From an uncultured virus (IMG/VR IMGVR_UViG_3300022926_000002) (taxonomy: Duplodnaviria; Heunggongvirae; Uroviricota; Caudoviricetes), in IMG/VR virus record IMGVR_UViG_3300022926_000002: a stretch of DNA of 64,000 nt. One strand, 5' to 3'. The notes beneath the pieces were generated by a model. It saw only the letters and a program-made list of their open reading frames with translations, did not search any database and had not been told where the DNA came from. The position numbers and the translations under genes were made by a program. Each line of letters starts with the position of its first letter. Positions within the stretch are counted from its first letter, which is position 1. Positions 29,066 to 38,989 of the stretch are shown piece by piece.

Positions 29066-29452
29066 ATGGGTACTTCATCAATGATCGCAAACTACAACGA
29101 AGACGGTACAGTTACAGCAACATATTGCCATTACGATGGTTATCTTGCTTATAACGGCCGTCTTCTTTTTGAATCATATAACACTCCTGAAAAAGCAAAA
29201 GCTGTTGCTAATGCAGGTTATATCTCAGCTTTAAAAGAAGACTTGCAAACATCTTTAGATGAGTCAGTACATTCAAACCAATCTCCTGTAACATACAATT
29301 CAGTTGAAGATTTTCTGGCAAATGGCCGTGAATACGCTTGTGCTGATTACCTTTACCTGTTTGATGGTGACGCATGGTTCTTTGTTTCAACTATGAATGA
29401 AGGTCCATGGTTGATGGAAGAAGTTGAAATGAATTTAGCGGTGGAGGCATAA
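29066..29452 (+). CDS. conserved phage early protein
   Basis: YCHYDGY and YLYLF..W motifs. Confidence 0.65.
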   Translation: MGTSSMIANYNEDGTVTATYCHYDGYLAYNGRLLFESYNTPEKAKAVANAGYISALKEDLQTSLDESVHSNQSPVTYNSVEDFLANGREYACADYLYLFDGDAWFFVSTMNEGPWLMEEVEMNLAVEA

Positions 29453-29528
29453 ATTTGAAATTAAATCAAATTAACCATTGACATTCTCCGTAGAATCAGT
29501 TATATTAGAATCATCAAATAAAGGAAAA
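29452..29528 (+). repeat. 77-bp promoter cassette, copy 1 (sigma70 promoter, 2 GANTC, RBS)
   Basis: 72 of 77 nt identical to 38563-38639; TTGACA 29478, TATATT 29501. Confidence 0.9.
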
Positions 29529-29533
29529 ACCAA

Positions 29534-29899
29534 ATGACTACACAATTTAAAAACTTTGATCGCAAAAACCTGAAATCACTTCGTCAAGAAATGAGTGCAC
29601 TACTTGCATCTTATGGTGTATCAAGCAACCTTGATATTGAAGTTGGCAATATGTCTTTCAGTGATGCTGAAGTAAATATCAAAGTTTCAGCAAAAGTTAA
29701 AGGTGCGGTTACTATGACTGATCGCATTCTTCAAATGGAAGTTGACCGTTTGGGTCTTTCTATGAAAAACCGTGATGGTGATGAACTCATTGAGTACAAA
29801 TCCCGCTCACCAAAATATGCCTTTGTTTTCCGTTGTGGTAAAACTGGCAAAATGTTTAAAACCGATGAGCGTTCTGCAATCCGGCGGTTCGCATCCTAA
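29534..29899 (+). CDS. hypothetical early protein
   Basis: 121-aa ORF after promoter cassette. Confidence 0.65.
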   Translation: MTTQFKNFDRKNLKSLRQEMSALLASYGVSSNLDIEVGNMSFSDAEVNIKVSAKVKGAVTMTDRILQMEVDRLGLSMKNRDGDELIEYKSRSPKYAFVFRCGKTGKMFKTDERSAIRRFAS

Positions 29900-29914
29900 G
29901 AAAGGAAATATATT

Positions 29915-30496
29915 ATGAATAAACGTGAAAAATTAATTTTAGTCGACTGTGATGGTGTATTGCTTGATTGGCAATACTCCTTCTATCAATGGATGGAAGC
30001 TCGTGGTCATTACGCAAAAGACATTGCTGAATATGATATGGGTCAAGTTTTTGATATGTCATATGACAAAGCAAAAGAAATGTGTGAGTACTTTAACTGC
30101 TCTGCTGCAATCGGTTGGTTATCACCATTCCGTGATGCAAAGAAATATGTTAAAAAACTCAATGAAGATCACGGGTACATCTTCCATTGTATCACTTCAC
30201 TGTCGACTGACAAATATGCTGGTAAGCTTCGGATGAAAAACCTTGAAGCAGTATTCGGTAAAAAAGTGTTTGAAGAACTTATCTGCCTACCATGTGGTGG
30301 TGATAAAGATAGTGCTCTTGAAGCATACCGTGACTCAGGTTGTTTTTGGGTTGAAGATAAACCTGAGAACGCCGTAACCGGTTCTAAATTTGGTCTTGAA
30401 TCACTGTTGATTGAACATCCACACAATAAAGATTTTTCTCACACTGATGTGGTAAATGTTAAAAATTGGCGTGAAATCTATGATCTTATTGTATAA
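29915..30496 (+). CDS. HAD-family phosphatase / 5'-nucleotidase (T4 30.2-like)
   Basis: DCDGVLLDW, ITS, WVEDK. Confidence 0.8.
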   Translation: MNKREKLILVDCDGVLLDWQYSFYQWMEARGHYAKDIAEYDMGQVFDMSYDKAKEMCEYFNCSAAIGWLSPFRDAKKYVKKLNEDHGYIFHCITSLSTDKYAGKLRMKNLEAVFGKKVFEELICLPCGGDKDSALEAYRDSGCFWVEDKPENAVTGSKFGLESLLIEHPHNKDFSHTDVVNVKNWREIYDLIV

Positions 30497-30499
30497 ATA
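30492..30499 (+). promoter_or_regulatory. T4-type late promoter
   Basis: TATAAATA. Confidence 0.65.
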
Positions 30500-30528
30500 A
30501 TGCTAACAGATGTTAGTTAGATTATGTG

Positions 30529-30555
30529 AAGGCAATCTGTTAAGGTTGCCTTTTT
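30529..30555 (+). terminator. intrinsic terminator-like hairpin
   Basis: AAGGCAATC-TGTTAA-GGTTGCCTT followed by T-rich tract. Confidence 0.6.
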
Positions 30556-30574
30556 CCATTTTAAAGGAGTATGA

Positions 30575-30835
30575 ATGCCTGTATATAGTTTTGAGAATAA
30601 AGAAACGAATGAACAATTTGAATTGACAATGAGTATGGCTGAACGAGAGCCGTACCTAGAAGCAAACCCCAATATAAAACAGATATTTACGAAATTTCCG
30701 GGAATCGGTGACCCGGCACGTCTCGGCATTAAAAAAGTTGACGACGGTTTTAAAGATGTGCTTAAAAATGTAAAGAAGCATCATCCAGGTTCAATTAAAA
30801 AGGATGGTGCAAAAAATAAAATTAACACATGGTAA
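30575..30835 (+). CDS. FmdB-like small protein (Cys-less variant)
   Basis: MPVYSF..ET.E.FE and DDGFKDVL..K.HPG. Confidence 0.6.
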   Translation: MPVYSFENKETNEQFELTMSMAEREPYLEANPNIKQIFTKFPGIGDPARLGIKKVDDGFKDVLKNVKKHHPGSIKKDGAKNKINTW

Positions 30836-30854
30836 TACACCATTAGGAGGTTTC

Positions 30855-31604
30855 ATGGCTAAACAGCGAAGATTATCCCGCAAAGAAAAAAGAAGAGCAG
30901 AACGTGAACAGGATTATATGATGGGCATTTTAAACACTAAGTTTTCAATGCGAAAGATTCAACCACTCACACCATCACAATCTGATCTATTTCAATCTTA
31001 TAATAAAGGATACAATATCGCAGCTATCGGAACAGCAGGTACAGGAAAAACAATGTGTGCTACATACTTGGCACTCAATGATGTACTACAGAAAGGAGAG
31101 TATGAAAAGATCATCATTATTAGATCTGCAGTTCAGACACGCGAGCAGGGCTTTATGCCCGGATCACAAGCACAAAAAGAAGCGGTATTTGAATCACCAT
31201 ATACCGATATTGTGAATGACTTATTTGGAAGAAAGGATGCTTATCAAGTTCTAAAAACAAAAGGAATGATTGAGTTTAAAACTTCATCATTTGTCCGAGG
31301 ATTAACTTTTGACAATGCAATTATTATCGTGGACGAATGTCAATCAATGACATACCATGAACTTGACAGCATTATTACTCGTGTCGGAGAATCATCAAAG
31401 ATTGTATTTTGTGGTGACACAAAACAAGATGATCTACAACAATCTAAAAACCGTGCCGATATTTCAGGATTAGTAAGCTTTGTTAAAGTACTAAATGCTA
31501 TACCGTCCTGTGATGTTGTAAAATTTGGAGTGGAAGATATTGTCCGCTCGGGATTGGTAAAAGAATATATAATTGCAAAAGAGAAACTATTAGAGGCCGC
31601 ATAA
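30855..31604 (+). CDS. phoH: PhoH family ATPase
   Basis: GTAGTGKT, GFMPG, RGLTFDN, DECQ, GDTKQ.D, DIVRSGLV. Confidence 0.93.
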   Translation: MAKQRRLSRKEKRRAEREQDYMMGILNTKFSMRKIQPLTPSQSDLFQSYNKGYNIAAIGTAGTGKTMCATYLALNDVLQKGEYEKIIIIRSAVQTREQGFMPGSQAQKEAVFESPYTDIVNDLFGRKDAYQVLKTKGMIEFKTSSFVRGLTFDNAIIIVDECQSMTYHELDSIITRVGESSKIVFCGDTKQDDLQQSKNRADISGLVSFVKVLNAIPSCDVVKFGVEDIVRSGLVKEYIIAKEKLLEAA

Positions 31605-31903
31605 TGCCAGCAGTTATAAGAAAAGGGATAGATAGTCATATTGGACATTTCAGTACGACTCCTAACCCTTTTCATAAAACTAAATATGTTGTTGCAGGAC
31701 AAGGTAAGGTTACCGCTCAGGGTGGCCTTGCCGTAACAACAGGTGGATCAACAGCCTGCGGTGATGATGCCGTAGGCGGTTCATCAAAAGTAACTGCAGG
31801 TGGATACGCCGTCCATAGAACTGGTGATGCCACAAGTGGACATGGTAGTTATGTTGCAAATGCCGCTTCGGCAGGTTCAGACAAGGTTACCGCCGGCGGA
31901 TAA
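31604..31903 (+). CDS. PAAR-like baseplate spike tip (gp5.4-like)
   Basis: MPAVIRKG.D..GH, CGD, GSSKV, HRTGD..GH. Confidence 0.75.
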   Translation: MPAVIRKGIDSHIGHFSTTPNPFHKTKYVVAGQGKVTAQGGLAVTTGGSTACGDDAVGGSSKVTAGGYAVHRTGDATSGHGSYVANAASAGSDKVTAGG

Positions 31904-31910
31904 ATAACGC

Positions 31911-32141
31911 ATGGCAAATCCAAATTACGCATCCTTATTAGCACAAATTGCAGCGGAGACCGATCCCGTTGCTAAAGCAGCTTTGGAAGCACAACTTGTC
32001 ATTGTCGCAGAACTTACAGAAGAAGAAATAGAATTATTTGAGTATACCGCATTTGACTATATTGAATTTAACCCGGGTTATAATAACGAGTTCAAATCAT
32101 ATGTTGGCCAATACTTTAATGACGACGGAGATTCAACCTAA
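31911..32141 (+). CDS. hypothetical protein
   Basis: 76-aa ORF coupled to the fibre gene. Confidence 0.5.
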   Translation: MANPNYASLLAQIAAETDPVAKAALEAQLVIVAELTEEEIELFEYTAFDYIEFNPGYNNEFKSYVGQYFNDDGDST

Positions 32142-35100
32142 TGGCTATTACCAAAAGAAGCACTAAAGGCACCTCATTAACATATAATGAGATGGACGAT
32201 AACTTTGAAGCAATCGCACCGAGAACATCCGCGGAAGGTTCACTGCAATTACCATCAGGTTCAACATCCCAACGAGATACAACACCGATTAATGGCTATA
32301 TACGATATAACAGTACACTGAACCAATTTGAAGGTTATGTGAGTGGGCAATGGGAACGGGTTGAGTCAACAACACAAGTTGGTACAGCAAACCAAAATGC
32401 GTTTTCTGAATTTATTATTGCAGGACAAACAAGTATTCTGGCGGATGCTGTCACTGATAGTATTACTTTTGCAAACAATGCTGGTATTTCTATTACGACC
32501 GATCCGTTAACCTCAACAATAACTTTTGAAAACACATCTATTCAAGATTTTGCTTTCTCAAGTTTAACAGGCGTACCAACAACAATTAGCGGTTATGGTA
32601 TTACCGATGCATTTGACGGTGACTATACGAACTTAACAAATAAACCTACCATACCGACTAATAACAATGAGCTATTAAACGGTGCAGGATATATCAGTTC
32701 GTTTACAGAAACCGATCCTATATTCTCAGCATCCGCTGCTGCAAATATCATTTCGTCACAAGTTAGTAATTGGGATACTGCTTATGGTTGGGGTGACCAT
32801 TCTATTCAAGGATATATCACTACCGAATCAAATGACTTAACTGTTGGTGTTACGTGGGTAACAGTTCCTGATCTTTATATTGCCAACACCGCGGTTGTTC
32901 AACACCAGGCTGACTTATCAATTACTGAAAGTCAAATATCTGATCTTGGATCATATATCACTGAGGTACCTTCTGAATATTTAACCGAGACTGAAGGTGA
33001 TGCTCGATATGTTGCTACCGAGACTGATCCTGTATTTAGTGCGCATACAACTTCAAATATTGTTGATGGCACAGGCTATCTTTATAATAACGGTAGCGGA
33101 ACATGGATTTACGGTATACCAGGTGGTGGCGGTGGATCTGAGGTAAACGATTTAACAAGTGTAGTTACATGGACAACAGTTCCTGACGCATATATTTCAG
33201 AATCAAGTGTTACACAACACCAAGCCGCATTATCAATTACTGAAAGTCAAATATCTGATTTTGGTAGTTACCTTGCCGACGATTATACTTATACCGAAAC
33301 TGATCCTATATTCTTGGCATCACCAGTTGGATCGGTAACAACAACACAAGTTAGTAATTGGGATACTGCTTATGGTTGGGGTGACCACTCAACACAAGGA
33401 TATATTACAGGTGGATCAATTACTGAAACTGATCCTGTCTTTACCGCAGCGACAGTTAGTAGTATTACTGATGGCACAGGTTATCTTACAAACGATGGGT
33501 CAGGTAATTGGTCTTATGTTTCACCAAGTACTTTTATTACTCAAGGTAATGAAACAGTCACAACTTTAACTGCTGATTCAGTAAATCAAAAATTGGTATA
33601 TACCGATGAAGATGGTACACAAAATGATGTTGATTTATCTTGGACAATTGATGATACCAATCTTGCAAGACTTACATCGGGATCCGTTAATTCTAACACA
33701 AAGATTGCCACATTTACTCGAGATGATGCCTCAACCTTTACAATAGATTTTAGTTCAATTGCCGCACCTTTAACAGGTTTGGTTGATGGTGACTTCACAT
33801 CGGAAGGTTTGATGAAAAGAGGTCAAAATGCTGGTGATTATGAAATCATAACCGATAATTCTAGTAATTGGAATACTGCTTATGGTTGGGGAGATCACAG
33901 TACAGCAGGTTATAGCACTACATCTTATTCTGACTCCGATGTTGATACGCACTTAAATCAAGGTTCTGCATCCGCAGGTCAACTCCTGAGTTGGAACGGA
34001 TCAGATTATCAATTTACTGATCCACCTGCAAGTGGTATTGCACTTACTGATTTTAGTGTAATTCAAAATACTCCAGGTACACCTACTTTATCTTATAATA
34101 ATTCAACAGGCGCATTTACTTATACTCCACCAGATTTAAGTTCTTACCTAACAAGTGAAACGTCACACGCCGACGTTGTTGTTGATGGCGACTTTGCAAC
34201 TACAGGATTGATGAAAAGAGGTGTAAGCGCAGGATCTTATACAACAATTACAGATAATTCTGGCAATTGGGATACTGCTTATGGTTGGGGTGACCACTCG
34301 CAAGCAGGTTATGCAACAGGTACTCTTTATACCGATAGTGATGTTGATAGCCATTTAAATAGTTCAACCGCAACTGTCAACCAAGTATTATCATGGACAG
34401 GCGCAGATTATGATTGGATAACATTAGCAACATCAAGTTATGGTGATAATGATGTCAACCTGCACTTAAATCAAGCATCCGCTGGAACAAACAATGTTTT
34501 AATTTGGGATGGTTCTGACTATGCATGGACAACACAAGTATCAGGTGGCATCGCCTCGGTTAATGATGATACTTCTCCATCATTAGGCGGTAACTTAAAT
34601 CTTAACGGCTATAACATTACTGGTACACAAATTAACCTTAACGCATCAAGTTTTGTTGGTATTCCTCCAACAACTCTCGATGGCGGTAGGCTTGTGTTTA
34701 ACCAAGGGCAAACAGGTACGCCATCATCAAGCAACACCAATTGGTCTTATATTGAGGTTGAACGCGGTAACTCTACAAACGTATCTCTTCGTTGGCATGA
34801 AGGTCTGGACAGATGGGAATTTACAAATAATGGTACCACCTGGGAAGAAATGGGATCAGCAACACCTGATTGGACAGATATTCAAAATACTCCTACAACC
34901 ATTGCAGGATACGGAATTACCGACGCGTATGATGATTCCGCTGTTGATACACACTTAAACCGCAATACTGCTCAAATAAACGAAGTACTTACTTGGGATG
35001 GTTCTGACTATGCATGGTCACAAGCAACAGGTGGTGCAGCTGCAACTGAAAATGTTAATTATGTTACCATATCAGGATCAACAACAATTCTTCTTGCTAA

Positions 35101-37402
35101 CGAAGGTCATTTTAACTTAAGCATTACAAGTGCATCAAACGGAGCAACCATTTTCCTTTCAGGTACAGGATTTAATCCATCGGACGAGTTCCATGAATTT
35201 TATGTTTTATATGTTAGATCAACAAGTACAAGCCCTGTTATTACCTGGGACTCAAATATCTTTTGGGCATATCCAGGCGGTGCACCTGCCTTACCTGATT
35301 TTGGTAAAAGTACTCTTTTAAGATTTGTTAGTTATAATGCAAATGCCACATCACCAGCTGTACCTTATTATACTGCTTTTATTGAAGTAGAAAACATATT
35401 ACCCGACGGCCGCGGCGGACAAACTTTGGGATCATTTAATTATAGTGTCGCATACACTGGTGTTTTACCTTTGAAATTTGGTGGAGCGGTTTCACCTGAA
35501 CCCGGTATACAGGATGGTAATGTTTATGGGTCAGGAAACTTTGGTGATGGCGCGCATTGGTTTAATATTGATGGCGATACTCCTGGATATATTTGGGGCC
35601 ATGCATCCGGCGCTTTATATTGTGTTGCTACACAACAATTTGGTGGTGGTGCTTATCAGCCTGGTACTGAGTCAATGTTTGAAAGTAGCCAACATAGAGA
35701 CTTAACTTCTACTGCAGCAAATTCACCGTTTATGAGTCCAGACGGACTTAATTATTACAAAATTACTAACGATTACTCTCAATCTCCTGCCGGATATAAA
35801 CTTCAACAGCATACCGTAGGTACTGCATTTGATTTAAGTACGATAGCTACAAGTCCAACCAACACTATTACAGTTACCGATTCGGCAACAAACCAAAACT
35901 TCTATGATTCAAGTGGAAATTGGGGACGGCCTACTTTTATAAATTTTTCAAGTGATGGCACAAAGTTGTTTATTGGCGGAAGAATTGCAGTATTAGCAAG
36001 ATATGATTTAAGCGTAGCTTGGGATATTTCCACCATAACTTTTTCATCAGGTACTATTGCTCAAGCAGATCAATCGGTACGGTTCCAATCCTCAAATTCG
36101 GCAACAAGTAGTGGAAGCTGGTTTATGACAGGAGATGGATCTCAGGTTTGGTTCCAAAACAACGGAACCGGCACCATTATGAGTGTTGATATTCCAACAC
36201 CTTATGATTTATCTTCAGTAACAAACCCAACTACGGATCCGGTATCACAAGGTAACTATTCTAATGAATCAACAGCTTGGCCGTCAAATGGTTATCCTGC
36301 TGCTTTACTATGGAGTGAGGCAACCGCAACAGAAGCAGCAGGTAAATATTTCTTTATAATAAGAAATACCTCGGGGGCATGCCCAACGTGCCATCGTGGA
36401 ACTTGTAGTACTCCATACGATTTATCTACAATTACCTGGGATGACATTTTACCTACAGGTAGTAATATAGGAGCGTTAAGGGATCAAAACGATAGTAATG
36501 AAATCTCTTTAAACATTAGTATGGAAGATGGCATATATTTTAGAAACGAAAGTCAAGCAAGCACCAATGATAATTATGTTGTGGTTTTGGCATATGTGAA
36601 CTCTAACAATGGGTTAGAGAGATGGGTACATTCAATAACTGACGGTAAGATTAATACAATAAATCCAACATTTTATGCTAAAGATAGTAATTATGATGGA
36701 ACGGAATACCGAACGTTTGGTTTAGACTTTACTCAAACTGAACAAATGGTATTTTTGGAAAGAAGAAGATATGGCAGTCCTTCTAATTATAATTGGTATA
36801 TAAGTTATTGCAATTTGCAAATTGGAAGTGGTTCATCTACGTTACCTGGAATTTCACGTAAAGATATTACAAGCGTGATAACCGAAGGTGGCTCATTGGC
36901 AACAAACCTTTCTACAATATATGTAGTCGGTTTACAGTTAAGAAAAGATCAGCTTTGGGCAAGCAACGGCAACCCTGAAATGTATGTCTTGAAAATGGTT
37001 CAGTCAACAGAGGTTTATCTCCAAAGAATTGTTAATACGTCAGGTAGAACATCGGCAAATAACACTAATAGCGGTTGGTCAACTGCCACCCCTTACGTAG
37101 TATTAGATTTATATAACTTAACGAACTATCCTCAAGATTCTAGGATTGCTGATTTTGTTATAACTCCTGACGGTACGAGACTTATTTGTGTATTTGAAGA
37201 TGCATCTTTACATCAGTGGTCAATGTCCACAGCTTGGGATATTACAAGTACAATTACTCACGACGGAACACAGTATATACCGATTAAACGAGGAACTGCT
37301 CATATGCCTACACATATCCGTTTTAATTCAGACGGTACATTAGTTTACATTGTGAATAGAGATAGCATGGTTTATCAATATTCAGTTCTATTAGATATTT
37401 AA
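32141..37402 (+). CDS. large virion fibre/structural protein with repeats and propeller-like C-terminus
   Basis: KGTSLTYNEMDDNF N-terminus; 4x NW(D/N)TAYGWGDHS, ETDP, DSDVDxHLN repeats; AWDIST/PYDLS repeats at C-terminus. Confidence 0.8.
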   Translation: MAITKRSTKGTSLTYNEMDDNFEAIAPRTSAEGSLQLPSGSTSQRDTTPINGYIRYNSTLNQFEGYVSGQWERVESTTQVGTANQNAFSEFIIAGQTSILADAVTDSITFANNAGISITTDPLTSTITFENTSIQDFAFSSLTGVPTTISGYGITDAFDGDYTNLTNKPTIPTNNNELLNGAGYISSFTETDPIFSASAAANIISSQVSNWDTAYGWGDHSIQGYITTESNDLTVGVTWVTVPDLYIANTAVVQHQADLSITESQISDLGSYITEVPSEYLTETEGDARYVATETDPVFSAHTTSNIVDGTGYLYNNGSGTWIYGIPGGGGGSEVNDLTSVVTWTTVPDAYISESSVTQHQAALSITESQISDFGSYLADDYTYTETDPIFLASPVGSVTTTQVSNWDTAYGWGDHSTQGYITGGSITETDPVFTAATVSSITDGTGYLTNDGSGNWSYVSPSTFITQGNETVTTLTADSVNQKLVYTDEDGTQNDVDLSWTIDDTNLARLTSGSVNSNTKIATFTRDDASTFTIDFSSIAAPLTGLVDGDFTSEGLMKRGQNAGDYEIITDNSSNWNTAYGWGDHSTAGYSTTSYSDSDVDTHLNQGSASAGQLLSWNGSDYQFTDPPASGIALTDFSVIQNTPGTPTLSYNNSTGAFTYTPPDLSSYLTSETSHADVVVDGDFATTGLMKRGVSAGSYTTITDNSGNWDTAYGWGDHSQAGYATGTLYTDSDVDSHLNSSTATVNQVLSWTGADYDWITLATSSYGDNDVNLHLNQASAGTNNVLIWDGSDYAWTTQVSGGIASVNDDTSPSLGGNLNLNGYNITGTQINLNASSFVGIPPTTLDGGRLVFNQGQTGTPSSSNTNWSYIEVERGNSTNVSLRWHEGLDRWEFTNNGTTWEEMGSATPDWTDIQNTPTTIAGYGITDAYDDSAVDTHLNRNTAQINEVLTWDGSDYAWSQATGGAAATENVNYVTISGSTTILLANEGHFNLSITSASNGATIFLSGTGFNPSDEFHEFYVLYVRSTSTSPVITWDSNIFWAYPGGAPALPDFGKSTLLRFVSYNANATSPAVPYYTAFIEVENILPDGRGGQTLGSFNYSVAYTGVLPLKFGGAVSPEPGIQDGNVYGSGNFGDGAHWFNIDGDTPGYIWGHASGALYCVATQQFGGGAYQPGTESMFESSQHRDLTSTAANSPFMSPDGLNYYKITNDYSQSPAGYKLQQHTVGTAFDLSTIATSPTNTITVTDSATNQNFYDSSGNWGRPTFINFSSDGTKLFIGGRIAVLARYDLSVAWDISTITFSSGTIAQADQSVRFQSSNSATSSGSWFMTGDGSQVWFQNNGTGTIMSVDIPTPYDLSSVTNPTTDPVSQGNYSNESTAWPSNGYPAALLWSEATATEAAGKYFFIIRNTSGACPTCHRGTCSTPYDLSTITWDDILPTGSNIGALRDQNDSNEISLNISMEDGIYFRNESQASTNDNYVVVLAYVNSNNGLERWVHSITDGKINTINPTFYAKDSNYDGTEYRTFGLDFTQTEQMVFLERRRYGSPSNYNWYISYCNLQIGSGSSTLPGISRKDITSVITEGGSLATNLSTIYVVGLQLRKDQLWASNGNPEMYVLKMVQSTEVYLQRIVNTSGRTSANNTNSGWSTATPYVVLDLYNLTNYPQDSRIADFVITPDGTRLICVFEDASLHQWSMSTAWDITSTITHDGTQYIPIKRGTAHMPTHIRFNSDGTLVYIVNRDSMVYQYSVLLDI

Positions 37403-37414
37403 GGAAAGAGAATA

Positions 37415-37846
37415 ATGCTTATACGAGTTAATGAAGATGGTACAATAATATATCCAGTAGAAGGTAAGGACATTCAAAAGTACGTTGAATTAGAAGGACT
37501 TGAGATTGAAGATTTTACTGATTTGGATCTCTCAACAATTAGGATATATCCAGTTGACATACAAAATCCTGTAGGTACTGAAACGCAATCTGCCGTGCAG
37601 CATACCGAACCGACATTGGTTGATGGCAATTGGGTTTTAGGATTTGATTTAGTATACCATTCTAATGAGGAATTAATTCAAAGCGCAAGTATTAAAAGGT
37701 GGAGACTATTATCTGAAACCGATTGGATGGCATGCTCGGATGTAACCATGAGCGATAATTGGAAAACCTATCGACAAGCACTACGTGATATTACTGAACA
37801 GGATGGATATCCTCAAACTATCAATTGGCCAACAAAACCTATTTGA
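37415..37846 (+). CDS. tail fibre assembly chaperone
   Basis: R..LLSETDW...WKTYRQALRDIT.Q.GYP.TINWPTKP. Confidence 0.85.
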   Translation: MLIRVNEDGTIIYPVEGKDIQKYVELEGLEIEDFTDLDLSTIRIYPVDIQNPVGTETQSAVQHTEPTLVDGNWVLGFDLVYHSNEELIQSASIKRWRLLSETDWMACSDVTMSDNWKTYRQALRDITEQDGYPQTINWPTKPI

Positions 37847-37882
37847 CAAGTTCCTACTTCTATGATATTATACAATAGAATC
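37843..37882 (+). promoter_or_regulatory. sigma70 promoter with downstream GANTC
   Basis: TTGACA-N17-TATTAT; GAATC at 37878. Confidence 0.7.
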
Positions 37883-37898
37883 AGATAAAGGATATATT

Positions 37899-38564
37899 AT
37901 GTTTAACCATGTTGACCACGGTGTTGTTTTACCTAAAATTACACGAGGTGCAGTAAACGGTCACCGCAAGTACTACACACCTGAAGGTAATGCTTACCCA
38001 TCAATCACAACAGTTTTATCCATACTTTCAAAAGAAGGAATTATGGAATGGCGTAAACGTGTTGGTGAAGAGGAAGCAAATAAGATTTCTCGTCAAGCAG
38101 CAACTCGTGGTACAGCAGTACACAAACTTGCTGAAGATTACCTTAACAATGATCCAAATTGGCAAGGTAAACAAATGCCCGCTAATTTAAATTCATTTAA
38201 TGATTTGAGAAAGATTATCGACGGTCGTTTAGATAACGTGTGGATGCAAGAAGAGTTTCTTTATAGTGATAAACTTAAGACTGCAGGTCAGGTTGATTGT
38301 ATTGCCGAATATGATGGTGAACTATCAGTAATTGATTTTAAAACAAGTCGTAAACCAAAAAAGGCAGAATGGATTGAAGGTTACTTTATTCAAGCATCAT
38401 TTTATGCCGCGGCATTCCTTGAAAGAACAGGTATACCAATCAAACAAGCAGTAATCCTTATTACAGTTGATGGCCATGAGGCACAAGTATTTAAGATCAG
38501 AACATTTGATTATCTTGAACACTTCCTTGCAGTCCGTAAAAAATATGCTGAAATAAATGAATAA
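37899..38564 (+). CDS. PD-(D/E)XK exonuclease
   Basis: YPSITTVL, RGTAVH, AGQVDCI, IDFKTS, Q..FYA. Confidence 0.88.
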   Translation: MFNHVDHGVVLPKITRGAVNGHRKYYTPEGNAYPSITTVLSILSKEGIMEWRKRVGEEEANKISRQAATRGTAVHKLAEDYLNNDPNWQGKQMPANLNSFNDLRKIIDGRLDNVWMQEEFLYSDKLKTAGQVDCIAEYDGELSVIDFKTSRKPKKAEWIEGYFIQASFYAAAFLERTGIPIKQAVILITVDGHEAQVFKIRTFDYLEHFLAVRKKYAEINE

Positions 38565-38639
38565 TTTGAAATTAAATCAAATTAACCATTGACATTTGGA
38601 ATAGAATCAGTTATATTAGAATCATCAAATAAAGGAAAA
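38563..38639 (+). repeat. 77-bp promoter cassette, copy 2
   Basis: 72 of 77 nt identical to 29452-29528; TTGACA 38589, TATATT 38612, GAATC 38604 and 38619. Confidence 0.9.
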
Positions 38640-38644
38640 CTACT

Positions 38645-38989
38645 ATGACAAAATTCGACAAAACAAAATTTAGCTTTCACGGCGGTTACTTGACATACAC
38701 AGGCGATTATGAAGGTCGTCCTGTCTATAAAGAAGGTAAAAATGTTCATCCTTCAAATGTAGGTCGTGGCATTGATTTGTTTATTGCTCGTTTCAAGTAC
38801 AGTGGTACACCAATCACAAAAGCAAAATTTCTTAAAGAACTGATTAGAAATTTTACTGTTGAAGAATATGTTGCAGCTCGTAACGGTCACGAAGTTTCGC
38901 CATTAGGAGTTCTTGATAACAAAAACCCAGGTTGGTCCGATAAGATTGTAGTAGCTTGGCGTGAAAAGCGAGGTATGAAAACTCTATGA
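38645..38989 (+). CDS. hypothetical early protein
   Basis: FIARFKY..FLKEL..NFTVEEY. Confidence 0.65.
   Translation: MTKFDKTKFSFHGGYLTYTGDYEGRPVYKEGKNVHPSNVGRGIDLFIARFKYSGTPITKAKFLKELIRNFTVEEYVAARNGHEVSPLGVLDNKNPGWSDKIVVAWREKRGMKTL

Noticed and set aside
37899..38564. Cas4 or CRISPR association of the nuclease
   Set aside because: No four-Cys Fe-S motif and no array; an ordinary T4-like exonuclease.
29452..38639. Repeats as a CRISPR array or att sites
   Set aside because: Dispersed copies made of promoter and RBS elements; no regular spacers and no integrase in the window.
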